A stretch of DNA of 32,000 nt, taken from Candidatus Saccharimonadota bacterium (GTDB taxonomy: Bacteria > Pseudomonadota > Gammaproteobacteria > Enterobacterales > Enterobacteriaceae). The notes below the pieces were generated by a model. That model had not been told where the DNA came from and made no database searches. It saw nothing but the letters and a program-made list of their open reading frames with translations. This document shows positions 1-9,733 of the stretch, one piece after another; the stretch's first letter is position 1, and each line of letters starts with the position of its first letter. The translations under genes and the position numbers were made by a program. The DNA is taken from NCBI GenBank assembly GCA_041941795.1, contig CP145872.1:240001-272000 (forward strand), given 5' to 3'.

Positions 1-751
1 TATTTGGGCCTGTATCAGAAGCTCGCGTATTGTAAGCCCAATATATTTCTTCACGTAGGTTTCTATTCTTACATCTAGTAATAACTGATTTATACGTAGG
101 TAAATCAAGAGTTACTAACCACCCGTGCAAATTTTTTTTATTAGCATTTTCTTGGATCAAGGATAATAATTTTTCCGACATTCCCTCTAGTTCAGTTTTA
201 TTAGTAATTAATTTTTGCCATGCCTGGGATGCATCCAGAACATTATTGCTGTATTGTAAGCTTAAATCTGAAAGACGGGATACTATTTCCTTATATCGTT
301 TTTTTTGATTTTGAGGTAATTCAATACCTGATAATTTAAAATCTCGTAAGGTATTATCTATAGTTTTCTTTTTTTCAATAGAAAGATCTTGATAGTAATT
401 ATGGTTATGTTTAATATTTAAGCACGCATTATAAAGTTCTTTATGTTGTCCTAACCAGGTGTCATAGTCAGCAAGTAAGGATTGGCAGATTTCGACCATT
501 TTTCTTAATTCCATAGTATTGTTAACTGCATTTAAATGTTGCAGTGGGTTCACAATACAATTTAAATCTGAAGATAAATCTTCTAAGGGAGAACATAAAT
601 TTTTCCAAGTATAAGAATCATTTTGTTCCAGAATTTGCTTTATTCTTTTACGGCAATAACATAAAAAAATATTAACAGCAGATAGAATCTTTTCATTATT
701 AATTAATGAAAATTGAGGAATAAGAAACGATTCTAACAGTGGATTACTCAT
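1..751 (-). CDS. prlC: Oligopeptidase A, N-terminal 250 codons (gene continues beyond the left window edge)
   Basis: The minus-strand frame is open from the ATG at 751-749 to position 2; I checked it triplet by triplet and found no stop. The N-terminus MSNPLLESFLIPQFSLINNEK is colinear with E. coli PrlC MTNPLLTPFELPPFSKIKPEH. It is absent from the ORF track, presumably because it has no stop inside the window. Confidence 0.85.
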   Translation of the reverse strand, partial: MSNPLLESFLIPQFSLINNEKILSAVNIFLCYCRKRIKQILEQNDSYTWKNLCSPLEDLSSDLNCIVNPLQHLNAVNNTMELRKMVEICQSLLADYDTWLGQHKELYNACLNIKHNHNYYQDLSIEKKKTIDNTLRDFKLSGIELPQNQKKRYKEIVSRLSDLSLQYSNNVLDASQAWQKLITNKTELEGMSEKLLSLIQENANKKNLHGWLVTLDLPTYKSVITRCKNRNLREEIYWAYNTRASDTGPN

Positions 752-877
752 TGATAACTCCTCTTATAAATTGTAGAATATAACCCAGATTGGATTACTT
801 TTTTATTTAATTAACTTAGAATGGATGATTTTTGATAAAATTTATTATTTTAATTTCAATATAAAATAGGATGAACG

Positions 878-1117
878 ATGAAAAAAATTATTTACTGTCA
901 GTATCTTCAAAAAAAATCAGAAGGACTAGATTCGAATCCTTATCCTGGGACCTTAGGAAATCTAATCTATAATAATTTTTCTAAAGAAGCTTGGTTACAA
1001 TGGTTAACCATCCAAACTAGAATTATAAATGAAAACAAACTGAATATGTTAAAAGATGAAGATCGAAAATTTATCAAAAAAAGAATGCTGAATTTTTTTT
1101 TTATAGAACTCATGTAA
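878..1117 (+). CDS. yggX: Fe(2+)-trafficking protein YggX
   Basis: 79-aa track ORF. MKKIIYCQYLQKKSEGLD..YPG.LG..IYNNFSKEAWLQW...QT.IINE.KLNM aligns with E. coli YggX ([42 protein letters not shown]). An AGGA Shine-Dalgarno lies upstream of the ATG. The C-terminus is about 12 aa shorter than in E. coli. Confidence 0.9.
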   Translation: MKKIIYCQYLQKKSEGLDSNPYPGTLGNLIYNNFSKEAWLQWLTIQTRIINENKLNMLKDEDRKFIKKRMLNFFFIELM

Positions 1118-1248
1118 GCTTTACTCCTCTAATTTTAATTTACTCGTTATTCATTTCACTCTTCTTTCAATCCGGTTGAGGAGTAATGATAATGATTCAT
1201 ATTCTACCCTAGAGAAAGAAATACTAAAATATTTAAAAATTATTAAGA

Positions 1249-2445
1249 TTAAAACTTAATTTTTGATCTTTTAGTCTGGTTTTGAAAAAAACAAGCAAAA
1301 AGAACACTACTTACACTAAAATCGCGTTTCCAAAATTTATATCCAGAAGATTGAGGTAAAGCGGAATGAGAAATTTGTACTGATTCGAATCGTGGTGATA
1401 ATAACCGGGCGAGCTATAATACTACTCTTTTTGATGTCAAGTACGTAATACCCGCGAGGACATAGAAGCGATAGCCGCATCAATAATTTTTTTCCCCATC
1501 AGATAAGAATTATTCCGTAAAGTTGGCACACATTGTTTATTAGCTACTTAGGTTATAATCATATAATCCGAATGCTCACTTAAGTATTTATTACCTGCTT
1601 GTTGAAGAGTTATATCAATAAAATCTTAAGGAAAGAGGATCCCCGACATCCCAAGTCTTATCAAGAACAATCATATTAGATCCGCAATATCTTGTACTTG
1701 CATAGTTATAGATCCCTGCTTTGAGATAAATGCTCTTGGGGTAGGATTGGTAATTTTATCACTAATTTCATTCTCTCTCAACCAATCTAACTGCATCTTA
1801 TTAAGAATCTTGGGACCACATTTCTGTGTAGTTTCATAGGCATGCCACTAATTAAAATATTATCTACTCGAATTACAAATGATAAAATTGGATGTGATGT
1901 TGCTGCAATTCCAGAAGGATACAGCGTCATAAAATCAATTCCTTCTTCTAATTCAATTAGCACCTACTACTGTAATGCCAAATGAGTTAATGTTCTCGCC
2001 GTACAGATCAATCTCTTTTTCCTCTCTAGTCGAAAGATATATTTTTTTCATCCAAAGTATCAAAAATTAAGGAATCCGCCGGCTGAACTACGCAATTTAC
2101 AGCTCTTTATGAAGGTTTTTTACGTACTAATCGGATCAAAAAGACTTTTATCCCTCCATTATCATTATAAGATGATTATCACACATTTATATAAAAAAAT
2201 TGTTCCTGCTTGTGAAGAAGATAAAAATTTTTAATAACTGAAAAGTAAAAATTATTTTTTCCTATTCCATTAGGATACTATGTACACATATAAATATTAA
2301 ATGTTTTACACCATGAATATTATAGGAATATCTTTTTATATAATTGACCAGTAGTTAAGAACTGGATAATGAAAACTTATATTTAACGTCTATTTAGGAG
2401 GATAGAACATCTCTCTAATAGAGAGACTTTTCGGTGTTTTTATGT
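1249..2445 (-). pseudogene. carA: Decayed carbamoyl-phosphate synthase small subunit gene, near full length with many stops and frameshifts
   Basis: No ORF of 60 aa or more in 1.4 kb. Minus-strand translation is colinear with E. coli CarA. 2086-2136 gives IRLVRKKPS*RAVNCVV (cf TRLLREKGAQNGCII). 1636-1674 gives MIVLDKTWDVGDP (cf DGIFLSNGPGDP). 1342-1380 gives VQISHSALPQSSG (cf LRVTHKSLFDGTLQG). 1285-1302 gives LFACFF (cf LFDHFI). The remnant lies immediately downstream of dapB, as carA does in E. coli. Confidence 0.65.
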
Positions 2446-2567
2446 GGTTTTCCCTCTAAATTAATTAATCACTATATAATAATTAAAACGGTTTCTAAGA
2501 AATGTGCTGAGGATTAAATTAATTTTTGTTTTTCTATCTATCTCAATTTTAGATCCTATTAGGATCA

Positions 2568-3374
2568 TCAGTTATTTTTATATTTTATTTTTACAACATC
2601 CTGCATATTATAAAGTCCCGGTACTTTTCCTTTTATCCACTTTGCTGCCTGTAGGACCCCATTCGCAAATATTCTTCTATTATAAGCTTTATGAATAATT
2701 TCTATTTGCTCTCCTTCGGGAGTTAAAAAAATAACTGTATGTTCACCTATAATATCTCCGACCCGAAAACTAGAAAATTTAATTTTCTTTTTTTCTTCAG
2801 AATGATTGCTATTTCTGTAAAACATGTCACATTCTTTTAAATTATAACCCAGAGTTGAAGCAATTAATTGACCCATAACTAAGGATGTTCCAGAAGGCGT
2901 ATCTTTTTTATGACGATGATGGATTTCCATTATTTCAATATTGCTTTTTTCTCCTAGGATCCGAGTGGTATGTTCTAACAACATTAACATTAGGTTTATT
3001 CCTATACTAAAATTCACTGTATATACAATGGCAATATCGTGAGATGCTAATTTTAAAATTTTAATAAAGGATTCATTATTAAAACCAGTAGTGCCAATAA
3101 TCATTTTTTTTTTAAAGTGTCGGCATATTTCAATATGTTTTAATGTTGCTGACGGCATTGTAAAATCTATTAAAAGATCAAATTTTTCAGGTAGAAGGTG
3201 ATCTTCTATATTCACCCCAATCTTACCTATTCCAGCAATTTCTCCAGCATCTTTACCAATAACAGAACTATTGTTATCCACTGCTACGCTTATATACATT
3301 TCTCCTGTATCTTGTATTTCTTTAATAACTTGTTTTCCCATCCGTCCGGCGGCACCAGCGATAGCTACCTTCAT
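2568..3374 (-). CDS. dapB: 4-hydroxy-tetrahydrodipicolinate reductase
   Basis: 268-aa ORF. MKVAIAGAAGRMG..., IGTTGF, NFSIGINLM and EIMEIHHRHKKDTPSGT match E. coli DapB motifs (IAGAGGRMG, IGTTGF, NFSVGVNVM, EIIEAHHRHKVDAPSGT). Confidence 0.95.
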   Translation of the reverse strand: MKVAIAGAAGRMGKQVIKEIQDTGEMYISVAVDNNSSVIGKDAGEIAGIGKIGVNIEDHLLPEKFDLLIDFTMPSATLKHIEICRHFKKKMIIGTTGFNNESFIKILKLASHDIAIVYTVNFSIGINLMLMLLEHTTRILGEKSNIEIMEIHHRHKKDTPSGTSLVMGQLIASTLGYNLKECDMFYRNSNHSEEKKKIKFSSFRVGDIIGEHTVIFLTPEGEQIEIIHKAYNRRIFANGVLQAAKWIKGKVPGLYNMQDVVKIKYKNN

Positions 3375-3436
3375 ATCCTCGTCCTATAACTAATATTATG
3401 TAATAATTTTTAAAGAAGATTATTTCTGACGCAATA

Positions 3437-4384
3437 TTAATAACTACTGTTCTTTAACTCTTTTGGTAATTCAAAAATGATATTTTCTTTTTCACCTGGA
3501 ATTTCTTCTATTTTAGTTATATTAAATTTCTTGAAATATTGAATTACCTCATTTACTACATCTGCTGGAGCAGATGCTCCCGCAGTTATCCCAATAGATT
3601 TGACTGAGGAGTGGTTGAACCACTCTGGATGGATATCTCGTACTGAATCAATTAAATGTGCATTTTTGCCTAGTCTTTGAACTACTTCAACTAGACGAGT
3701 AGAATTAGATGAATTATGTGAACCAACTACTAATACCAAATCTGATTTATGTGCTAATTTTCGTACTGCTTGTTGTCTATTAGTAGTGGCATAACAGATA
3801 TCCGTTTTACGAGGTCCTCCTATTTTAGGAAAATGATGGCGAAGGGCATTCACCATATCTGTGGTCTCATAGACGGACAGAGTTGTTTGGGTTATAAAAC
3901 ATAAATTATATTGATTTTTGACCTGTAAGTTAGCAATATCCTTTATGGATTCTACGAGATATATTCCTCCTTTAGGATTTGTATATTGTCCTAAAGTACC
4001 TTCTACTTCTGGATGACCAGCATGACCAATTAGAATAGCTTCTCTTCCTTGGATACTAGCTCGTTTAACTTCATTATGCACTTTTCGTACTAAGGGGCAA
4101 GTAGCATCAAAGAAAATTAAATTTTTCCTCTGGGCTAATGTACGTATTTCATTTGAAACTCCGTGAGCAGAAAATATTAAAATTGATCCTGTCGGGACTG
4201 TCGATAAATTTTCTATAAAAATCACTCCCTTTTTTTGGAGATTATTCACTACATGTGTATTATGTACTACTTCATGATATACATATACTGGGGGACCCCA
4301 TATTTCTAGGACTCGGTCTACTATATTTATAGCTCTTACCACTCCAGCGCAAAATCCTCGGGGATTGGCTAAAAAAATATTCAT
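3437..4384 (-). CDS. ispH: 4-hydroxy-3-methylbut-2-enyl diphosphate reductase
   Basis: 315-aa [22 protein letters not shown]...HEVVHN...FSAHGVS...[11 protein letters not shown] matches E. coli IspH ([19 protein letters not shown]...). Confidence 0.95.
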   Translation of the reverse strand: MNIFLANPRGFCAGVVRAINIVDRVLEIWGPPVYVYHEVVHNTHVVNNLQKKGVIFIENLSTVPTGSILIFSAHGVSNEIRTLAQRKNLIFFDATCPLVRKVHNEVKRASIQGREAILIGHAGHPEVEGTLGQYTNPKGGIYLVESIKDIANLQVKNQYNLCFITQTTLSVYETTDMVNALRHHFPKIGGPRKTDICYATTNRQQAVRKLAHKSDLVLVVGSHNSSNSTRLVEVVQRLGKNAHLIDSVRDIHPEWFNHSSVKSIGITAGASAPADVVNEVIQYFKKFNITKIEEIPGEKENIIFELPKELKNSSY

Positions 4385-4426
4385 TTTATTTCTCTCTGGA
4401 CATAATTTAATCTGAAAATTTATTAT

Positions 4427-4888
4427 CTATAATGATGATATTATTAAAAATAAACCACTACCTATAGCGATATCTGCAATATTCAGAGTTAGTAAATTCC
4501 ATTTCATAATAACAAAATTAATGAAATCTATTATGCCGCCATATATAATCAGATCATAGAGATTACTTAATCCGCCACCTACCACTAGTGCTAAAGCTAT
4601 ATTCTTCCAATAATAATCAGGATCATTTGCCTTCATTGCTATAATTAACAGCAAAATTAATATCACACTTATATCCAGAATTATTAAAATTTGTCGTGAT
4701 AATTCCTGTCGAGGTAGGAGAGTTCTAAAAAAACTTCCATAATTAAGAGTATAAAAAATATTTACTCCCGGACAAATTTCGACTGTTTCTTTCAGAAAAA
4801 AACAATGTATGATCCATTGTTTACTAATCCAATCTATTAAAATAATACTGGATGTTATCCATAAGTAACGCAGACTAGAATGAATCAT
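4427..4888 (-). CDS. lspA: Lipoprotein signal peptidase II
   Basis: 153-aa hydrophobic ORF at the conserved ileS-lspA position. It carries LspA-like segments NYGSFF, GGGLSNLYD and LNIADIAIG (E. coli NYGAAFSF, GGALGNLFDR, FNLADTAI). It is 8 nt downstream of ileS. fkpB, which lies between lspA and ispH in E. coli, is absent. Confidence 0.85.
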   Translation of the reverse strand: MIHSSLRYLWITSSIILIDWISKQWIIHCFFLKETVEICPGVNIFYTLNYGSFFRTLLPRQELSRQILIILDISVILILLLIIAMKANDPDYYWKNIALALVVGGGLSNLYDLIIYGGIIDFINFVIMKWNLLTLNIADIAIGSGLFLIISSL

Positions 4889-4896
4889 TATATTAC

Positions 4897-7725
4897 TCAG
4901 ACAAAAAAACGCTTTTCACCTGGACCCGCTATATTTATTACACACCGATTGCAAATATCAGGAAAATTAACGTCTTTTCCTATATCTGGCGTATAATGCC
5001 AACAACGCATACACTTCTCACCGGTAGCTTTAGATAACATGAATTTTAAATTTTCTATTTTAGTGCTTTTATATGCTGTTGTTGGAGCTCTTGCATAGCT
5101 GAAAATTTCAGTATTAGAAGTCATTAAAAAAAATTTTAATTCTGTTCCTAATATTTTTAATTTTTCTTCTATTGAACCGGATGCATATAACTCAATGACT
5201 GAGGATAGTGATGCCTGAATTTTTTTACTAGATCGCATCTGTTCCAGAACTTTATTTACTTCATTACGAAGAACAATTAATTCTTCCCAGAAAGAATTAT
5301 TCCCAAGATAATCTTCATTAAGATCCTTGTACCCATGATCAAACCATTCTTCTGTGAATACGTATGGAGCACGATGACCGGGCATGACAGCCCATATTTC
5401 ATCTGCTGTAAAAGATATAAGAGGAGCTAACCATCGTACCATAGCCTCAACTATATAAAACATAGCTGTTTGACCACTGCGACGTAATAAACTATTTTTT
5501 TTACTTGTATATTGTCGATCTTTTACTATATCGAGATAAAAAGAACCTAGCTCGAGAGAGCAAAATTGCATTAAATTTTGTACTACTTTATGAAATTCAT
5601 AATTTTCATAAGCAGTAATAATATTTTTCTGAGTTAAGTAGACTTTTTGTAGCATCAACCGATCCAATGCTATCATATTTTTAATATTTACTTGCTGTGT
5701 ATCAGGATTAAAATCATTTATATTGGCTAGTAAAAAACGTATTGTATTACGAATGCGACGATAAATATCTACCGAACGATTAATACTCTCTTGAGACATC
5801 ACTATTTCCCGAGTATAATCTGTAGAGGCAATCCATAATCGTAGAATATCACTCCCAAATTTATTCATGATTTCTGTAGGACTAATAGTATTGCCTAAAC
5901 TTTTAGACATTTTTCTTCCCTGACTATCTACTACAAAACCATGTGTTAATATTTTTTGACAAGGATTTTTATTATTTAAAATTGTGGAAATTATTAGGGA
6001 TGACATAAACCACCCTCGATATTGATCTGAACCTTCAAAAAAAAGATCTACTTCTTTTTTTTTCGTCATCTTATAAAAATTTTCCAGTAAAATTATATGA
6101 CTTGAACCAGAATCAAACCATACATCTAGGGTATCTAATACTTTAATGTATTTTGCCGCATCCTTCTTCCCTATCAGAGATTGGGAACTTAAATCCCACC
6201 AAGCTTGAATTCCTTTAGATTCTACTAATTGAGCAACTTTTTCGATTATACACACAGTATCTGGATGTAACTGACCATTATTTTTTTCAATAAATAATGG
6301 AATGGGAATGCCCCAGGTACGTTGTCGAGAAAGACACCAGTCTGGTCGAGAACTAATTAGATGTCTCATCCGTTTTTTTCCCCAGCTAGGCTTCCATTGT
6401 ATTTGACTTATCTGGTTTAATAAATTTTTTCTTAATTGTTGGTGTTCTATATTAAGAAACCACTGACCAGTAGTGCGAAATATAATAGGTTCTTTATGTC
6501 TCCAACAATAGGGATAACTATGCTCAATAGTTTCTATCTTTAATAAGACTCGTTTTTGTTGCAGAATATTTATGATAATTGGATTGGCTTTAAATATTTT
6601 CACCCCATCTAGATCCGGATAAGTATTATCTTTATAGCATCCATTAGGTTCAATTATATTTTCTAGATTAAGTTTATAATTGATGCCGACAAGATAATCT
6701 TCTTCTCCCAGACTCGGAGCTATGTGGATAATTCCCGTTCCTTCATCTAAACTTACATGTTGGGATAAGACTATGGGAACATCATACTCCATAAAAGGAT
6801 GATGTAACTGCAGGTATTCCAATGCCGTTCCAGCAACTTCCCCAATGACTTTCCAAGTCTGGAGATTTATGCGCTGTACAAATTTATCACTTAAATTTTT
6901 TGCTATAATTATAGCATGATCTTTAATTTGTACTAACTGATAACATGCGTCCCTATGAACCCCTACCGCTTTATTGGCGGGTAAACTCCATGGAGTAGTA
7001 GTCCAAATAACTAATCCAATAGGTCCTCTAACATTTCTGACCTTGAAGAGCGATTTAATTTTTTCTCTATCTTTAGCATAAAAAAATACATCAATAGCTG
7101 GTGAACATTTCAATTGATATTCCACTTCGGCATCTGATAATGCGGAACAACATTTAATACACCAATAAACTGGTTTATCACCTCGAACGATATAACCTTT
7201 AGAAATTATGTTGGCTAATAATCTTATTATGTTAGCTTCAGTAACAAAGTCCATAGTGAGATATGAATGACTCCAATCTCCCAGGACTCCCATTCGTATA
7301 AAATCTTTTTTTTGAATCTTGATTTGTTCTGTTACATATGTACGACATTCTTTTCTAAAATTTTTGGCACTTACTGTATAATTGGGTTTGCCTATTTTTT
7401 CTTCTACTTTTAATTCAATAGGTAATCCATGACAATCCCAACCGGGAATATATGGTGAATCAAAACCGGATAAACCTTTTGCTTTGATAATAATATCTTT
7501 AATAATTTTATTAACTGCATGCCCCATATGAAGATTACCATTGGCATATGGAGGACCATCATGAAGAATAAATAACGGTTTATCTTTTTTAGCCTTACGT
7601 ATTAATTTATAGAGATTATCATCATCCCATTTCTGAATTATTTTAGGTTCTTTTTGAACAAGATTGCCTCGCATTGAAAAACTGGTTTCAGGAAGATTTA
7701 ATGTAGATTTAAAGTTATTTTTCAT
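4897..7725 (-). CDS. ileS: Isoleucine--tRNA ligase
   Basis: 942-aa ORF with the class I aaRS signatures HMGHAVNK (HIGH-type) and KMSKSLGN (KMSKS) and a C-terminal zinc-finger cysteine pattern (CMRCWHY...CNRC). The length is similar to E. coli IleS. Confidence 0.97.
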   Translation of the reverse strand: MKNNFKSTLNLPETSFSMRGNLVQKEPKIIQKWDDDNLYKLIRKAKKDKPLFILHDGPPYANGNLHMGHAVNKIIKDIIIKAKGLSGFDSPYIPGWDCHGLPIELKVEEKIGKPNYTVSAKNFRKECRTYVTEQIKIQKKDFIRMGVLGDWSHSYLTMDFVTEANIIRLLANIISKGYIVRGDKPVYWCIKCCSALSDAEVEYQLKCSPAIDVFFYAKDREKIKSLFKVRNVRGPIGLVIWTTTPWSLPANKAVGVHRDACYQLVQIKDHAIIIAKNLSDKFVQRINLQTWKVIGEVAGTALEYLQLHHPFMEYDVPIVLSQHVSLDEGTGIIHIAPSLGEEDYLVGINYKLNLENIIEPNGCYKDNTYPDLDGVKIFKANPIIINILQQKRVLLKIETIEHSYPYCWRHKEPIIFRTTGQWFLNIEHQQLRKNLLNQISQIQWKPSWGKKRMRHLISSRPDWCLSRQRTWGIPIPLFIEKNNGQLHPDTVCIIEKVAQLVESKGIQAWWDLSSQSLIGKKDAAKYIKVLDTLDVWFDSGSSHIILLENFYKMTKKKEVDLFFEGSDQYRGWFMSSLIISTILNNKNPCQKILTHGFVVDSQGRKMSKSLGNTISPTEIMNKFGSDILRLWIASTDYTREIVMSQESINRSVDIYRRIRNTIRFLLANINDFNPDTQQVNIKNMIALDRLMLQKVYLTQKNIITAYENYEFHKVVQNLMQFCSLELGSFYLDIVKDRQYTSKKNSLLRRSGQTAMFYIVEAMVRWLAPLISFTADEIWAVMPGHRAPYVFTEEWFDHGYKDLNEDYLGNNSFWEELIVLRNEVNKVLEQMRSSKKIQASLSSVIELYASGSIEEKLKILGTELKFFLMTSNTEIFSYARAPTTAYKSTKIENLKFMLSKATGEKCMRCWHYTPDIGKDVNFPDICNRCVINIAGPGEKRFFV

Positions 7726-7744
7726 GGCCTAAGTTATAATGTCT

Positions 7745-8092
7745 TTTCATTAAAGAATGCTAATTATTATATTCATAATAACATAATCTATTTTGTTAAA
7801 TAGAATCTAATTTTTTTGAGAAATTTTTCTTATTTAAGAATCAATATTTTTACTTTTTTATATAACTTAAATAATGGATACTAATAATCACTACGAAATT
7901 ATTATGTAAGGTAAACTAATGTGAGTTATTACCTAATATTTATCTGATCGAGATAATATTAAGAAATTATATTATTCCCTATTAGGGAGATTTAATATCT
8001 AAACAACATCCTAAACCTCCTCGTTATTTGAGGTTGGTTAATGCGATATTAATTCGATCGTAGTAGTAAAATATACCTCTGATTAATTATCA
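7745..8092 (-). pseudogene. ribF: Heavily deleted remnant of riboflavin kinase/FMN adenylyltransferase gene
   Basis: The rpsT-ribF-ileS synteny predicts ribF here, but only about 440 bp separate ileS and rpsT and there is no ORF. Minus-strand translation from 8086 gives LIRGIFYYYDRINIALTNLK*RGG, compared with E. coli RibF MKLIRGIHNLSQAPQEGCVLTIGNFDGVH. A weak C-terminal resemblance (FNKIDYV vs FASLDEL) lies near 7770-7800. Confidence 0.45.
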
Positions 8093-8106
8093 CTTAATAA
8101 ATAATA

Positions 8107-8135
8107 TTGACAAACTAAAACAACAATGCATACTT
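8107..8135 (+). promoter_or_regulatory. Putative sigma70 promoter of rpsT
   Basis: TTGACA at 8107-8112, a 17-nt spacer ending in TG, then ATACTT at 8130-8135 (TGcATACTT, extended -10-like). It lies about 35 nt upstream of the rpsT start. The AT-rich background makes chance matches common. Confidence 0.4.
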
Positions 8136-8168
8136 CTTGTTAAGAAGTAAGAAAGAGGATATTAAACA

Positions 8169-8429
8169 TTGGCTAATCTAAAATCATCTAAAAAAAGAAT
8201 CATTAAATCTGAAAAACGTCGTAAACAAAATGTGAGTCATCGATCTATGTTACGAACTTTTATTAAAAAAGTTTATTCGTCTATAAAGACAGGTGATAAA
8301 TTATCAGCAACCCACGCCTTTAATATTATGCAACCTATTGTAGATAGACTAGCTACTAAAGGATTGATACATAAAAATAAAGCCGCTCGTCATAAATCTA
8401 ACTTAATGAACCATATTATTAAGATGTAA
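8169..8429 (+). CDS. rpsT: 30S ribosomal protein S20
   Basis: 86-aa [13 protein letters not shown]... typical of S20. The start codon at 8169-8171 is TTG, preceded by GAAAGAGGA. E. coli rpsT is also known to start with UUG. Confidence 0.95.
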   Translation: MANLKSSKKRIIKSEKRRKQNVSHRSMLRTFIKKVYSSIKTGDKLSATHAFNIMQPIVDRLATKGLIHKNKAARHKSNLMNHIIKM

Positions 8430-8456
8430 GATGAAGACCGTTCTCACTTGAGAAGT

Positions 8457-9593
8457 TTAGCGAGTTAAATCATCAAAAAATTTTTTTACACCTTCAAAAA
8501 AAGTTCTTGATCTGGGGTTATTATGTTCTCCCGAAGAATAATTAATATTTTTCTCTAATTCACGCAACATTTCTTTCTGTCGTTCATTTAAATTCACGGG
8601 AGTTTCCACTACAATCTTACATAATAAATCCCCCGTAAATCCTCCTCGTAATGATTTCACTCCTTTACCTCGCATCCGGAATAATTTTCCAGTTTGAGTT
8701 TCGGCCGGAACTTTTATTTTTATACGTCCTCCTAAAGTAGGCACTTCTATTTCTCCTCCTAGAGCAGCCATTCCAAAACTAATTGGAACCTCACAATACA
8801 GATTATTTTTATCTCGGGCAAAGAGAGGATGTTTTTTTACTTCAATTTGAACGTATAAATCACCAGCTGAAGATCCACGCTCTCCTGCTGCTCCTTCTCC
8901 TGATAAACGAATTCGATCTCCATTATCTACTCCCGCCGGAATTTTTACGGAGAGAATTTTATTTTTTTCTGTTCTTCCTTTGCCTCGACAATATATACAT
9001 GGATCTTTAATAAGGGTTCCCTGTCCGTGACAGTAAGGACAAGTTTGCTGGACAGTAAAAAAACCTTGACGTAATTGAATTTGCCCACTCCCCTGACAAG
9101 TAGAACATGGGATGGGAGCAGTACCTAATTTGCAACCTTTGCCCTGACAATGAAGACATCGTTCCAGGGTGGGAAGACGTATTTCTTTCGTTACCCCCCG
9201 AACCGCTTCCTCTAAAGTAAGACTTAGAGTATATTGTAAATCAGAACCTCTGGATGGACGATGTGGACGACGACTACTTCCGAAAATATCTCCAAAAACT
9301 TCTCCAAAAATTTCACTAAAATCTGTACTCGAGTTACTGAATTCACTTTCATAACTGGCTGGACCTTGTTCAAACGCAGCATGTCCATATTGATCATATG
9401 CAGCTCTTTTTTGAGAATCAATGAGAATTTCATATGCTTCTTTAACTTCTTTAAACTTAGCTTCGGCATCTTTATTACCGGCATTACGATCCGGATGATA
9501 TCTCATAGCTAATCGTTTATAGGCTTTTTTTATCTCACGTTCATTTGCTGATTTCGAAACGCCTAAAATTTCATAATAATCTTTTTTTGCCAT
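8457..9593 (-). CDS. dnaJ: Molecular chaperone DnaJ
   Basis: 378-aa ORF with a J-domain ([12 protein letters not shown]...YHPDRN), a G/F-rich linker and four CxxCxGxG zinc-finger repeats. Confidence 0.97.
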   Translation of the reverse strand: MAKKDYYEILGVSKSANEREIKKAYKRLAMRYHPDRNAGNKDAEAKFKEVKEAYEILIDSQKRAAYDQYGHAAFEQGPASYESEFSNSSTDFSEIFGEVFGDIFGSSRRPHRPSRGSDLQYTLSLTLEEAVRGVTKEIRLPTLERCLHCQGKGCKLGTAPIPCSTCQGSGQIQLRQGFFTVQQTCPYCHGQGTLIKDPCIYCRGKGRTEKNKILSVKIPAGVDNGDRIRLSGEGAAGERGSSAGDLYVQIEVKKHPLFARDKNNLYCEVPISFGMAALGGEIEVPTLGGRIKIKVPAETQTGKLFRMRGKGVKSLRGGFTGDLLCKIVVETPVNLNERQKEMLRELEKNINYSSGEHNNPRSRTFFEGVKKFFDDLTR

Positions 9594-9733
9594 TTCGAAG
9601 ATCCTACTATCCTTAATATAATTAAAGGGTACTGCAAATACGTACCACTAGATGCTTCTGTCTAAACCGTCTTATTAAGATTATAATGGTATCATTATAC
9701 CGTATTCATCAATCTAAAACGGTAAATGTTTTT

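Noticed and set aside
1382-1391. GATTCGAATC string resembling a tRNA T-loop.
   Set aside because: The flanking bases cannot form a T-stem on either strand. The segment falls within the carA remnant, where it encodes the relic of NHGFAV.
2242-2259. 18-mer AAAGTAAAAATTATTTTT shared between 2242-2259 and 16414-16431.
   Set aside because: It is almost pure A/T. A rough estimate gives about one such chance match per 32 kb at this composition. Both copies lie in unrelated pseudogene remnants (carA, yggU), and there is no extended similarity around them.
3274-3282. TTATCCACT, an 8-of-9 match to the DnaA box TTATCCACA.
   Set aside because: It is a single isolated copy inside the dapB coding sequence. 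There is no cluster, no AT-rich unwinding element context and no oriC-linked genes nearby.
2504-3389. Track ORFs 2504..2698 (+, 64 aa) and 3198..3389 (+, 63 aa).
   Set aside because: Both lie antisense to, or overlap, the well-supported dapB gene. They have low-complexity I/L/F/Y-rich sequence typical of AT-rich shadow frames and no recognisable family.
8441-8454. TTCTC-ACTT-GAGAA hairpin in the 27-nt gap between convergent rpsT and dnaJ, considered as a bidirectional terminator.
   Set aside because: The stem is only 5 bp and there is no U-tract on either side. This is too weak to call.
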